Shown: one piece after another, positions 25,201 through 35,929 of the stretch
Position numbering within the stretch: position 1 is the first letter of the stretch
Layout: every line of letters starts with the position of its first letter
DNA from: Fimicolochytrium jonesii
Lineage: Eukaryota
Direction: 5' to 3'
Assembly: GCF_025526975.1 (NCBI RefSeq)
Contig: NW_026515681.1
Span: 434,001 to 498,000, forward strand
Length of the DNA stretch: 64,000 nucleotides
Notes under the pieces: model-generated
The model's input: only the letters and a program-made list of their open reading frames with translations
The model's database searches: none
Told to the model about the DNA's origin: nothing
Made by a program: the position numbers and the translations under genes

Positions 25201-26810
25201 CTAAGCGGTCATTGTTAACTATCGCATAGCTGACGGCGGTATTAGCACCCGCCTGAGAGTTGCTCATCGTAGGTTGCCGGAGAGATCTTGAAGGGTGGTG
25301 CTACCATGTAATAATGCTAGGTCCGTTGCCAGAGGCTAGCTCTGTCTCCGCTCGATGTATAGAAAGAATTCTAGAGTTTCTACCTCCCGGGGCGCCGCCC
25401 GAAGGCTTTTCTTCCCTTCGGGAGTCACCCCAGAGCGTAGGATTCCAATATAATCTATGCTACACGGGATCGCATGCCCTACGCGCTTCCTCGCACTAAG
25501 GTGACACCTGCAGCACCTCATTACACTGAGGTAGGGGTGTCCTCGGTACGCGCATTGAAGGCGCACGAGTAGTCCTCAATTGTTTGAGCATCCAGAGCGG
25601 CTGGGCGGTTCTCCCAAAGATCCAATGCTTCAGTCCCAATGAAATCTGAGCGGGGTTGCCAGGTGGGGGTAGTGAAACCAATCCACTTGACTAGACATTC
25701 CTTTTGAGCGTTCTTGCCTTTACCACGACGTTCACTGAGGATGTGTTCGATGGCGAAGGACTCTGAGGAAAGGGAAAGGTCTTCTAGGATGTCGAGCAGA
25801 GCGCGATCTTGACAAAGGTGTTCAGGGAGGCCAGTATATCCATTGAAACAAACGTCAAGAGAGACCGCAACGGTGTCACATACTGGATCCCATATGTCAT
25901 AACCTTTGGTACCTTGTTGGTGTGGGTAGCCAACTAGATAATGTCCTTGTTGAGCGGTTGGCCATCTTGTCCTGGCCCTTGGGCGGAACAACCGTATACA
26001 TGAGACATCCGAGCTTGCCCAGATGCGCGACACTGGGGCGGCGCGATTGAGCCTCTGGTGATGCATTTGAATCCAGGTAGAGGTTGTGTAGGTAGGAACT
26101 AGCCTCCAGGATGTACGGCCAGGGCTTTCGAGGTAGAGCTGTATCCGCGAAGGTAGCGCGTACGCGGTCCAGCAGCATCCGGCTGAGGTGCTCAGCTTTC
26201 CCATTTTGTGAGCTAGAATAGGCGATGGCAGATTCATGAGTAATACCATCGTTGTGTAAGTAGGACGTAAGCTCGTGTGTATATTCACCTCCTCTGTCAG
26301 TTTGTAAGATCTTGAGGGGGCGCGTAAATATGGTTGTCGTGTAAACATGATGTAAGGTCGCATCAAGATGTGGCACTTAGACAGCTCTGCAAGACTTAAG
26401 ACGCGTCTTGGAAAGGTCTGAAGATGTCTGGAACGTCTATCAGATGTTCAGGGGTCAGAACTGCGCTTTCATGATCTTCTGAGAGCTCAGAGTGGTCAGT
26501 AGTGGCCGTATAGACCTTTTATCGAGTTGTAATAGCTAGATTGGGCTTGGCGCGCGCTCCGGACTCCACGGACATGGCAGAAGCCCATGGGACATCAGCA
26601 GACTGCCATGGGGTACACAGACTTGGCAAGAATGTAGCTCCTGAATCCCATAAAAGGCAGACATATTGCCCATCCCCTCCTTTCACTTCATCCTCTTCAT
26701 TACACACCATTCAATGGCACAACACTGCCCTTTGGGCAGCTACGTCCTCAAGTCATTTCCGAATCAGTCTTAGTGACCTCTCAGATAAACTTATCAGCTA
26801 AGGTTTCAAT

Positions 26811-28400
26811 AACATGGACCAAATGGACATCTCCACTGCATTCCTGAACCCAACACTCAGTGAAGAGATCTATATGAAGCACCCACCGGACTGCATCAAG
26901 CTCGGAGAAGAGCATCTTTTGCTTAAACTCAAGAAACACTCTATGATCTTAAACAAGCTCGGAGGGAATGAACATTGAAATTCACGGCACATTGACGATC
27001 TCATAGTTATGAGCAACAAGAGACTCAACCTTGACTCCTTCAAAGCCAAGGAGCTGCAAAAGGCATATAAAATGCGTGATCCTGGTGCTCTACACTACTT
27101 CTTACGCCTACTAGTCACCAGATGACTCCTGACGCTCAACCAGACTGGGTACATTGCAAAGTGCCTCGAAACATGTGGCATGGTCGATTGGAAGCCCGTA
27201 GCAACACTCAGTGTCGTAGGAAGCCCTCTCACCAAAGAAATGGAACCTCAGACGTCTGAAGAGACTGCAGAAATGCAGGACAAGCCCTATCGAGCCATTG
27301 TAGGCAGTCTGATCTACGCGATGATCAGCACCAGACCAGACATGGCTCAAGCAGTAGGAGCTTTGAGCCAGTTCTTAGCCAATCTGGGCAAAGGACACTG
27401 GAAAGTCGCCAAACACATTCTAGCCTCCTAGCCACACCCAGTGTTGTAGGATGCCCTCTCACCAAAGAAATAGAACCTCAGACGTCTGAGGAGACTGCAG
27501 AAATGCAGGACAAGCCCTATCGAGCCATTGTAGGCAGTCTGATCTATGCGATGATCAGCACCAGACCAGACATAGCTCAAGCAGTAGGAGCTGTGAGCCA
27601 GTTCTTAGCCAATCTGGCAAAGGACACTGGAAAGTCGCCAAACACATTCTAGCCTCCTAGCCACACCCAGTGTTGTAGGATGCCCTCTCACCAAAGAAAT
27701 CGAACCTCAGACATCTGTGGAGACTGCAGAGATACAGGACAAGCCCCATCAAGCTGTTGTAGGCAGTCTGATCTTTGCGATGATCAGCACCAGAACAGAC
27801 TCACAACCAGTAGGAGCTGTGAGCCAGTTCTTAGCAAACCCGGGCAAAGCACATGGGACAGCTGTCAAATGCATTCTAGCTTATCTCAAAGCTGCTAAAA
27901 ACCACGAACTCCAACTTGGTGCACTCCAAGGACCTCCCAAACTCGTGGGGTGGTCAGACTCTGACTGGTGAGGCTGCCCAGACACTCGAAGGTTCACCAC
28001 AGGATACCTCTTTACCTTTGGAGGCCAGCACCGAAGGCGAGTATATCCCACTTACAAATGCCCGTGAGGAAGCCATGTGGCTCAGATCCCTACTCAAAGA
28101 ACTGAGCACGCACCAAGACAAAATGGACCTCGTCCAAGATCCCATAGTCATCTGGGAACACAACCAAGGTGCTATGGCTCTTGCTATGAACTGAGTTCAC
28201 CATGCACAAACCAGGCATATCGACATCAGATACCCCTTCATTTGTGAACAAGTCGCACGTAAAAGAGTTATCTCAAGTACTGCCGGATGGAGGAGACGAT
28301 AGCTGATGCGCTCACCAAACCCCTGCCCATGGCAAACTCCACATGTCTGAAACCCGGAATGAACTTAGAGGCTGCAGAGCCTTTAAGTGAGAGGGTGTAG
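26811..28400 (+). mobile_element. Ty1/copia RT-RNase H remnant with an internal ~230-bp triplication
   Basis: QMDISTAFLN, PYRAIVGSLIYAMISTRPD (three times), GWSDSDW, STEGEY and HIDIRY motifs; purine tract at ~28389. Confidence 0.82.
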
Positions 28401-28499
28401 TGAGATAGCATACAGGTGTGGCTCTGCAACTCGGTCCCGTGTGAGATCCTCTTTCATAGCTGCCATGAAGAGGAACCCGGTTCCCTGGCTGGTCTGGTG

Positions 28500-29810
28500 T
28501 GGTTCGGCTTGATTTGCGTTGTTGGCTTGAGCTAGCTCTTGTTTGAGCTTCTTGCACTCGTTCTTCCAGTGCCCTTCAATACCACAGTGATGGCACTTTC
28601 CCTTCTTCCCGGCGAACCTGGCTGAACCCCCAGCCTCCTGCTGGTGTCCCCCGTCCCCAACGAAGGCGTTTCCAGCCGATCTGACTGGTTTTGAGTTCTC
28701 CTTGCGCCTAGCTTCTTCATTCAGAAGTCTGGCGTCAAGAACTCCATGTCTAAGTTGTCCGCCCTGCTTTCGAGGCTTGTGATGACTTGTTCGTAGTTGT
28801 TTGGTAAGCTGTATATCAAGGTCGTCATGATATCATCCTCGGGCACCGGTGCACCGTTAGCCTCCAGCTGTTGTGCTAGCTGTCTGTCTTTGTTGATGTG
28901 GTTTGTGATCAAGTCTGACTCATTCATAGTGCTGGTTAGGAACTCTTGATGTAGGAAGAGCTTGCTGCCAAGCCCCTTTTGTTCGTGCACCTCAGCTACA
29001 TAAGCTGAGTGTCGTTCAGACTGAGGCAGATGTAAGCCAAAGCCATCTCGTCCTTCCTCTCCATCGACTCCTCCTCCTCCCCTTCAGCCCCTTTTCCCTT
29101 CGACAGGCTTGCTGTAGCCGTATCTCCTTCCTTCTCCTTCTTCCCAGCTTCCACTGCCACCCAAAGTCCCTTCGCCTTCAACATCATCATCATCTTAAAC
29201 TTCCATAGATGGTGATACTCGCCCGTGAACTTATCCATCTTAAGTTTCGAAGTCTCTGAGTCTCCAGCCATTTATGTGTTCGAGCTAAAGTTGTGTGTTT
29301 CGGGTGTGTGGACGCGTTTTGGATGATGCTGTATTGTTGGACGCGTTTTGGGTGTCAAGTAGTGCGTATCTTGTCGAGGTGAGCACTTTGGTGCGTTTTC
29401 GGTCAAAAATTGGTGATTTTGGAACGATATGTCGAGTGTAGGGCGTAGGTAGCATCCGTAGGGGGTTGGGAACGTCTTGAATAGGATTGGCGAAGACGGT
29501 TTTAGTGATGATAAAGCTCAGGGCTCATAACCTATTGAAACCTTAGCTGATATAGGTGTATCTGAGAGGTCACTAAGACTGGTTCGCCGATGACTGAGAG
29601 ACGTAGCTGCCCAAAGAGCAGTGTTGTGATGTAGAAGACAGTACTGTGGCTAGAGTAGTGCGATAGAAAGCTGTGTATTGAAGAGGATAAAGTGAAGAGA
29701 GGGGATGGGCAACAGGTCTGCCTTTTATACGAATCTGGGGCTTCTTTCTTGGGGATTTACCTATGTGCTGGGGCGTCCAAAGCACCCTCTGAGACCCCCT
29801 CAGCTGACTG
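28500..29810 (-). mobile_element. Ty1/copia family E 5' end: LTR (from 29533), PBS GGTTATGAGCCC, UBN2-type gag
   Basis: LTR end TCAATA followed by GGTTATGAGCCC (29532-29521). Gag MAGDSETSKLKMDKFTGEYHHLWKFKM...; CCHC knuckle (CHHCGIEGHWKNEC) at ~28590. Confidence 0.85.
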
Positions 29811-29949
29811 ACAACGGAGCACAAGTCGAGTTTTCGAGTGCAGAATGCACAATCAAGACCAGGGACGGCGCTCTCGCCTTCAGAGCTCTCAAGGACAATG
29901 ACCTGTACACCCCGCAACAGCAATACTAAGGTTTGTCAATGCTGTGTAC

Positions 29950-31345
29950 CCCATGGTCACCTGCTGATGCCCAACTGAGATCCAGGTCCACCTAGCTGAG
30001 GAACAGGCTCCATTGCCATCGGAACATACGGGGAGCATCTCGGCACCCTTTGAAACGTCTGATTGGTTCCCAAACTCGAAAAGAACCTCATCTCAGTAGC
30101 GCAGCTGACTGAGAACGGAGCACAAGTCGAGTTCTTGACATTGACAGCAGCGTGCACAATCAAGACCAGGGATGGTGCTCTTGCCTTCAGAGCTCTCAAG
30201 GAGAATGGTGTGTACACCATGACAGCCCAGGCTATCCCTGAACACGCCTACTCAGCAGGAGCACTTTGTAGCACACCCTTTCATATCTGGCATCAGAGAC
30301 TCGGTCATCCGAATGCCCAAGACCTCCAGAAGCTCACCAACAGCTACCAACGTGACATCAGAGTCACCGGACATCCTGATGGCCACATCTGCGAAGTCTG
30401 CACGCTCTCCAAGCAGTCCAGAGCTCCCTTCCCGAAGAAACAAGCTACCCGAGCCACAGAAGTCCTGGCGCTCGTCCACACTGACCTCTGTGGCCCCATG
30501 AGGACGTCTACCTTTGGGGGATGTACCTACTTCGCATCATTCATTGATGACAAGCCCAGAATCGTCTGGGTCAAGCTCCTACTCAAGAAAAGCGATACCT
30601 TTGATGCATGGGAGGAATACAAGGCTCTTATGGAGAAACAGACCGGGAAATCCATCAAAGTCCTCAGATCGGACAAAGGAGGCGAATACAAATCCATCCA
30701 ATTCACCCTCGCACTCAGAAAGGCTGGAATCCAACATCAGCGCACTGCTACCAACACCCCACAGCGGAGCGGAGTAGCGGAACGTATGAATCGAACTCTA
30801 GTCGAAATGGCACACTGCCTACCCACCCAGGCTGGTCTTGGACACGAGTACTGGGGAGAAGCGCTGCTTGCAGCTGTCCACATTAGGAATCGCTGCCCTA
30901 CGGTTGCCCTAGACAAGTCCAAGACGCCATACGAAGCCTTCTTCAGTTGCATGTCCATCCTCCTTCATCTCAGAGTGTTTGGATGTATAGCCTATGCTAT
31001 GGTTCTCAAGAAAAACCGAGGAAAGCTGGACAACAAAGCCAAGAAGTGCCTCTTTCTCGGTTATAGCTCTTCCAGCAAAGCCTGGAGGCTCCAGTCACTC
31101 GAACCCGATGATCAGGGCGCCATTATCGAATCAAGAGATGTCCAGTTCAATGAACAAGTTCAACAACAGCCTGGACAACGAGGATACGCATGAAGACACG
31201 TCAGATCGCTCCTATGACAGCTTAGCGAGCTTTGAATTCCATCCTGAGCCTGACAGCATCGTTTCGCACGCACCCAAGCCCACAGACAACACCAAATTAC
31301 GCCCGCACGCTGCAGGGGGGGACTCTGAGCTCCCTGACGAGTAAT
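29950..31345 (+). mobile_element. Ty1/copia gag-pre-integrase and integrase segment (ORF 30063-31193 largely open)
   Basis: WHQRLGH, CEVC, VHTDLCGP, FIDDK, LRSDKGGEY, AERMNRTL, LRVFGC and CLFLGYS motifs. Confidence 0.9.
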
Positions 31346-32708
31346 AGCCGTGGAGTTGGCAATCTTGCGGGCGCTCTGATTATCGATGTGGATGTGCGTG
31401 GGGTCCTTGATGTTGCCGTATTTGTCGCTGAAGACCTCCGCCATGATCGAGCAGAGCCAGTAGACCTCGTTGTACCCAAGGGCTGCGGCGATATACTCAG
31501 CTTCCGTGGAGCTGAGAGCTACACACTTCTGCTTGGTGCTTTTCCAGTAGATAAGCTGGTCGTTGTGTTGTTGACATCGTCTGCGTATGATGCCTCGGTA
31601 TAGATACAAAGTCCAGCTTGATCAGAATGACCGGACTTGTAGGTAAGCTCGAAGGTGCGGGTACCTTTAAGGTAGCGCATGATGCGAAGTACATCATTCC
31701 AGTCAGCTTGAGTAGGAGCTGGGACCTGATGTGGGACGTAGCCGACGGCAGTTGAAATATCCCAGCATCAGGTAATGGATGCCCACGTGAAGGCCCCAAA
31801 TGCTTCCTGGTAGAGAAGCTTGTTGGTAAAAGGGGGACTGGCAGAGGCGGGTCAGTTACGCGCTGACACAGCGCACGGGGTGGAGGCTGGGGTAGCGTTT
31901 TGTTGTCCAAATCTTTTGAGTAATCCATCGATATAGGTAACGTTGCTGCATCTGAGGCAATTGCCTGACGGCAAAAGCTTGTAATCGTATACGAGACCAA
32001 GGCAGTTCTTGATGGGACCGAGGTCCATACAGTTGAAGTGAGAACATAGTTCACCTTTGACTTGTCCGATGTAGATGGGTCGACACATGGCAACGATGGC
32101 GTCCACATAAATAAGAAGGATTTGGATGGTGTCCAGGGTACGCGTGATTGCCGCGTAGCCATAGAACATGCAGGGGTAGTTATTCAGCATTTTGTAGTTG
32201 ACGGAACCGAGGGTTTCGCGAAGGGTGCGGTACCAGAGAAGCGGGGACTGCTTCAGACCGTATGAAGCCTTGCCGAGGAGGTGTACCCAGTCTCCGCACG
32301 GATGGGGTGGATCTTCGGAGCCTTGAAATTGTTTGACATAGATGGGACCGTCGATGTCGCTGCGTACAAATGCGTTGGGTACGTCACGTTGATGATGGTT
32401 GCCAGGTAGGGGTAGTAAAATCAACCCACTTGACAAGGTATTCCTTTTGAGCGTTCTTGCCTTGACCACGACGTTTACTGAGGATGTGTTCGATGGCGAA
32501 GGACTCTGAGGAAAGGGAAACGTCTTCTAGAATGTCGAGAAGAGCAGGATCCTGACAAAGGTGTTCATGGAGGCCAATAGATTTGTCGAAACAAACATAA
32601 CGGGAGGCTGCGGCAAGGTCTTGCGCTGGATCCCATATGCCATAACCTTTGGTACCTTGTTGGTGTGGGTAGTCGACAAGATATGTCCTTGTCGAGCGGT
32701 GGGCCATC
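31346..32708 (-). mobile_element. Chromodomain-bearing Ty1/copia element G (copy 2): integrase C-terminus, chromodomain, RT, RNase H
   Basis: GTKGYGIWDP...FAIEHILSKRRGQGKNAQKEYLVKWVDF; YGLKQSP; LLIYVD; WKSTKQKCVALSSTEAEY; IDNQSA. Confidence 0.85.
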
Positions 32709-33124
32709 TGTGAAAGTGATCGATTATTCCCTGAGACAGGTCCTAAATCGGGTCGTTCGCGGGTGGAGATGATCTGCTCGTGGAGAGTGCAAGGTAAAAG
32801 GGAGAGACCAACTAAATCCCTATTCTCACCAAACAAGTAGACACGCTTGGGCGTACTCCGTATATTGGCAACCCCGGACTGCTAGGCGTAGGTACGCTAG
32901 TCAGTTGGGTCAAATGGGCACTTATGGTACAAACTTAGGGTCTAGTCTATAGCCGGTAAGATGCTCCTCGGGCAATCTACGCAAGTGTCGTCCTTTTTAT
33001 AGTGGGGGGGAAGGGGGGTGCCTCTATCCTACTACTGATCACGCTTGGTCACGCGCGCACAAATACTACTCTTACCTTGAATCTCCCCATCGCCTCGTAC
33101 GCCGTCAACCTGATCACTTTCACA
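32709..33124 (-). repeat. 416-bp 3' LTR of family F with 13-bp terminal inverted repeats; PPT at 33125-33136
   Basis: TGTGAAAGTGATC...GATCACTTTCACA. The minus-strand PPT AAAAGGGGAGGA abuts the LTR, and there is a TATAAAAAG inside the LTR. Confidence 0.88.
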
Positions 33125-33569
33125 TCCTCCCCTTTTGAGCTTTCCTCTAGGAGGGGTGCTTAAAAGGGTTCCGCCGTGGTACTCCCTGTACTTTGCAGAA
33201 ACTAGCCTGTTGCACCATGTCGCCATGGTGTGCTAGCCTCCGGGAACCTCCGCTACTTGGGCGGATGTGTTGGTGAAGTGGTGTTTGTTGTTTGAGGTCG
33301 TGGGGTGTCGTAGGTTTGATCAATCAGCGCGCGCTGGATGGATCAGCGCGGGATGGTCCGGCACCAGATAGTCTTGTCGTCCCCGGAGTTGTGGTCTGGG
33401 TTGCTTCCTGACGAGCTTCTGTGCTGAGGATGCATACTTCGAGCCACCATCTGCGGAGTACTTTGTCGGTGGCGGACTCGGGGAGCGGGACGACGTGTTG
33501 GTACTTGAGGAGCTGTGTTGTTGAGGGCGTGACGTTAGCTCGGAGCGTAGGACGAGGTGGTTGCGGTGG

Positions 33570-35850
33570 TCAGGTCGCGGGAGTGGTAGGGATGTTGGCG
33601 ACAATTGCGTCCAGGATGTCTTCAAGGGTGGCATGTTCGCTGGTGGCGAGGCTGGCGTGGGCTGTGCGGGCAGCCTCCTGCTGCTTGAGGCAAGCGATCG
33701 GAGCGAAGTCGTCGACGCCTACCGTGTAACAGGACATCATGCTTCGTCTATCCTCGTTAAATTGGTCTGGGTTACCGATTGCGTTGCCGCTGGCGATGGA
33801 AGCGTGGCTGATGCAGATGTCTGGCGAGTCCTGCAGGCTCGTCTTGAGGGTCTCGAGCTGACTTTGAGGGTCAAAGTTTACGTCTGCCTTGGGGCGCTGG
33901 GCAATGTTGAGCCCCCGGGTAGGCCATGAGCCGCCCCGGTACTTCGCCCAGGATTCCCAAAGTTTCTTCCGGCTATGGGCGTGCAGGACATCCCAAGGCG
34001 TCGTGGTGGGCTGACTGAAACGCCAGGTGTTGGTCCAGCTCCGTCCGGCCAGTGGTCCCCAGTCCAGCACTGTGTGTTCGACTAGCTGGGTGCGGACCAA
34101 GGTAATCGTGCCTGAGGGTGTGTCAGCGCGGAGATGCAAATTGCGGAAGGGGAGGTCTCCGGCAGAGAAGCTTCCGTGGACGTATTGGACCGTGAACCCA
34201 TGGTTGTTGGGGTTCACGTGGCAGTCTACGGCCACGTTGAAGTTGATGACCCACATAGTGCCTGGGGAGCCCGCAGGAATGTTGCGTTGACATTGAGCAG
34301 GGAGGTTGTCGATGACCTTCTGCCGTCGAGCATGGCTAGCGGGGTTGATCCATTCATGGCAAATAGCCATGCGCTTGTGGGCCGTGGCATTCTCCGCAAA
34401 TTTCAGGTATTCCGCCCACCCACGGCCGTATCTCAAGTGCCGACTTTCTGCTGTAGGGTGAGGGAATTTGCCCTTGTTCATCTCTCCGCCAGAGGTTGTC
34501 GTGGTCCACACTCCTCCGTGGATTACCACCTGTGCGTCCGCTGCTGGATGCCCCCGTTGAGTTCTGAACCTCGGTGATCCTCCGTGTTTCGCTTCGCCCT
34601 CCGTGGTCCTCCATCCCTTCGGCTTGAGTGAACCGAGGTCGCCGGTGGCGAGCCATTTCAACGCCAGATTTGACCACAATTCGGACTCCACTCTTGGCAC
34701 ACCGAACGTCATCTCCTTGTCCTCCGGCTTGTCTTTGGGTTTGGGGCCAAAGCCCGCTACGATGATCTCGCGGCTTGTTTCAAGATCAATTCCTTTTCCC
34801 AGTCTCGCATGTGGTTGTGGGCTTTCGATCGCGAGGTCAGCACCGGGTGGGGGAAGAGGCCATGTCCACGGGTGTACATGGTGGATGGGACATCCATGTA
34901 CTCCTTGTATAGGCTCGGGAGCATGACGGTTTCGATGTCCCTCCCCGAGACCCAGTACGGTCGGTCTTCCTCCATATCCCCCTCCCCTGTCTTCATCGCC
35001 AAGTCGGTCCTCCACTTGCAGTTCTCATGGTCGTAGGGCGCCAGATGCAGGCCCCTCTTCTTGCCAACGTTTGGGTGCTTGGTCGCAGTGATCTGGCCGT
35101 CGGTTTCCGCATTCTCCGGGAGGTCTTCTAGGCAAGGCGGGCGAATGAAGTTGTACTGGGCGAAGTAGTCCCTCAGGACTTCTTCGTCTTCCTGAGGGTG
35201 GGGCAGTCTCTGGTTGTTGAGGCATTCCGGGTGATAGAATTGGCTTCCACAGCAGAGGTCTCCGCGTTTGCATTGGACAACGCGACCATAAATGGAGGCG
35301 CTATCGTCCGGGTTTTCGCACATGCAGACAGCTCCGTTCTTCTCTGCTCCGTAGTACTCCTCTCCCTCTCCAGGCTGGTATTCCACGTCTCTCGTCAGGG
35401 TCTCGCTCGTGAACTCGTCCTCTTCCGGGTCTAGGCCGGAGACGTTGAGAGTGGCGGAGCCAATGATTGCTTCGCCTCTTCGTCGTTCTTTGGGCGTATC
35501 CAACACCTTCCTTCGCTTGCGGGTGTCGACCGGAGTGTTGCCAGCATTCCGCACGGTGATCCTGGGCGACTGGATTGGTGGGCGTTTGTTCCCCGTTGCC
35601 TTCACTGGGGCGGGAGTACGGGAGCCAGTGGCTTCTCTGAACCCTCTGTCGATCTGAGGGGGAGAGTCGTCAATTTCGATTGGTTCGTGGGGGTACACGG
35701 AGCGGACGGGGGTCCTGGGAACCGGCGAGTCCGTGCGTTGGTTCTTGGTCCTGGTCGTTGGTTGCAGGATAGGCGGCTTCGAGACCGCATTGGACAGGTC
35801 TGCGACGCTGGATCTTCTTGAGGAGGAGGTGGAGGATCTTCGAGACATGA
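33570..35850 (-). pseudogene. PHD-finger plus TET/JBP-like 2OG-Fe(II) dioxygenase gene, intronless, one frameshift near 34770; cargo of LTR element F
   Basis: PHD-like CMC..VVQC..CC..FYHPECL..FI(R)PPC at ~35325-35130. Dioxygenase core INFNVAVDCHVNPNN..GSFSAGDL..LHL..SGTITL..LVEHTV..WRFS at ~34250-34010. Confidence 0.72.
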
Positions 35851-35929
35851 TGATCGGAGTTCTGGAAGTACCGGTTCGGGGTCGGTAGTGGGGAAGGGAT
35901 AGCGTGGGAGCGTGCTGGGGAGCGGTAGT

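Larger units (their letters stand above)
16952..25525 (-). mobile_element. Ty3/gypsy family B tandem array LTR-int-LTR-int-LTR (unit ~4178 bp; 219-bp LTRs at 16952-17170, 21130-21348, 25307-25525), internally deleted
   Basis: TGT..ACA LTRs; PBS TGGTAGCACC next to LTR2 and LTR3; PPT (CTCTAAGGGGGG) next to LTR1 and LTR2. RS-rich gag, protease (LIDTGC) and RT (SPWGAPVLF, KTAFRTRFGHFQY, YLDD) are present, but RNase H and integrase are absent. Near-TSD CTGTG/CTGAG. Confidence 0.93.
16574..26370 (-). mobile_element. Chromodomain-bearing Ty1/copia element G (copy 1), split by the tandem gypsy B insertion
   Basis: Integrase (LQTDRGGEY, QNGKAE), GTKGYDIWDP and chromodomain at 26370-25526. The RT start (NKTWELV, KFKG..VVQGF.Q..GIDCTNTYAP) resumes at 16951-16574. 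Confidence 0.82.

Noticed and set aside
27195..27890. CRISPR-like periodic repeat
   Set aside because: The units are long, RT-derived and lack unique spacers, and the context is eukaryotic.
33570..35850. KDZ/Zisupton DNA transposon as the carrier of the TET-like gene
   Set aside because: No KDZ transposase or CxC motifs are visible nearby, and the gene is followed by a PPT and LTR. A DNA-transposon origin of the cargo cannot be excluded without searches.
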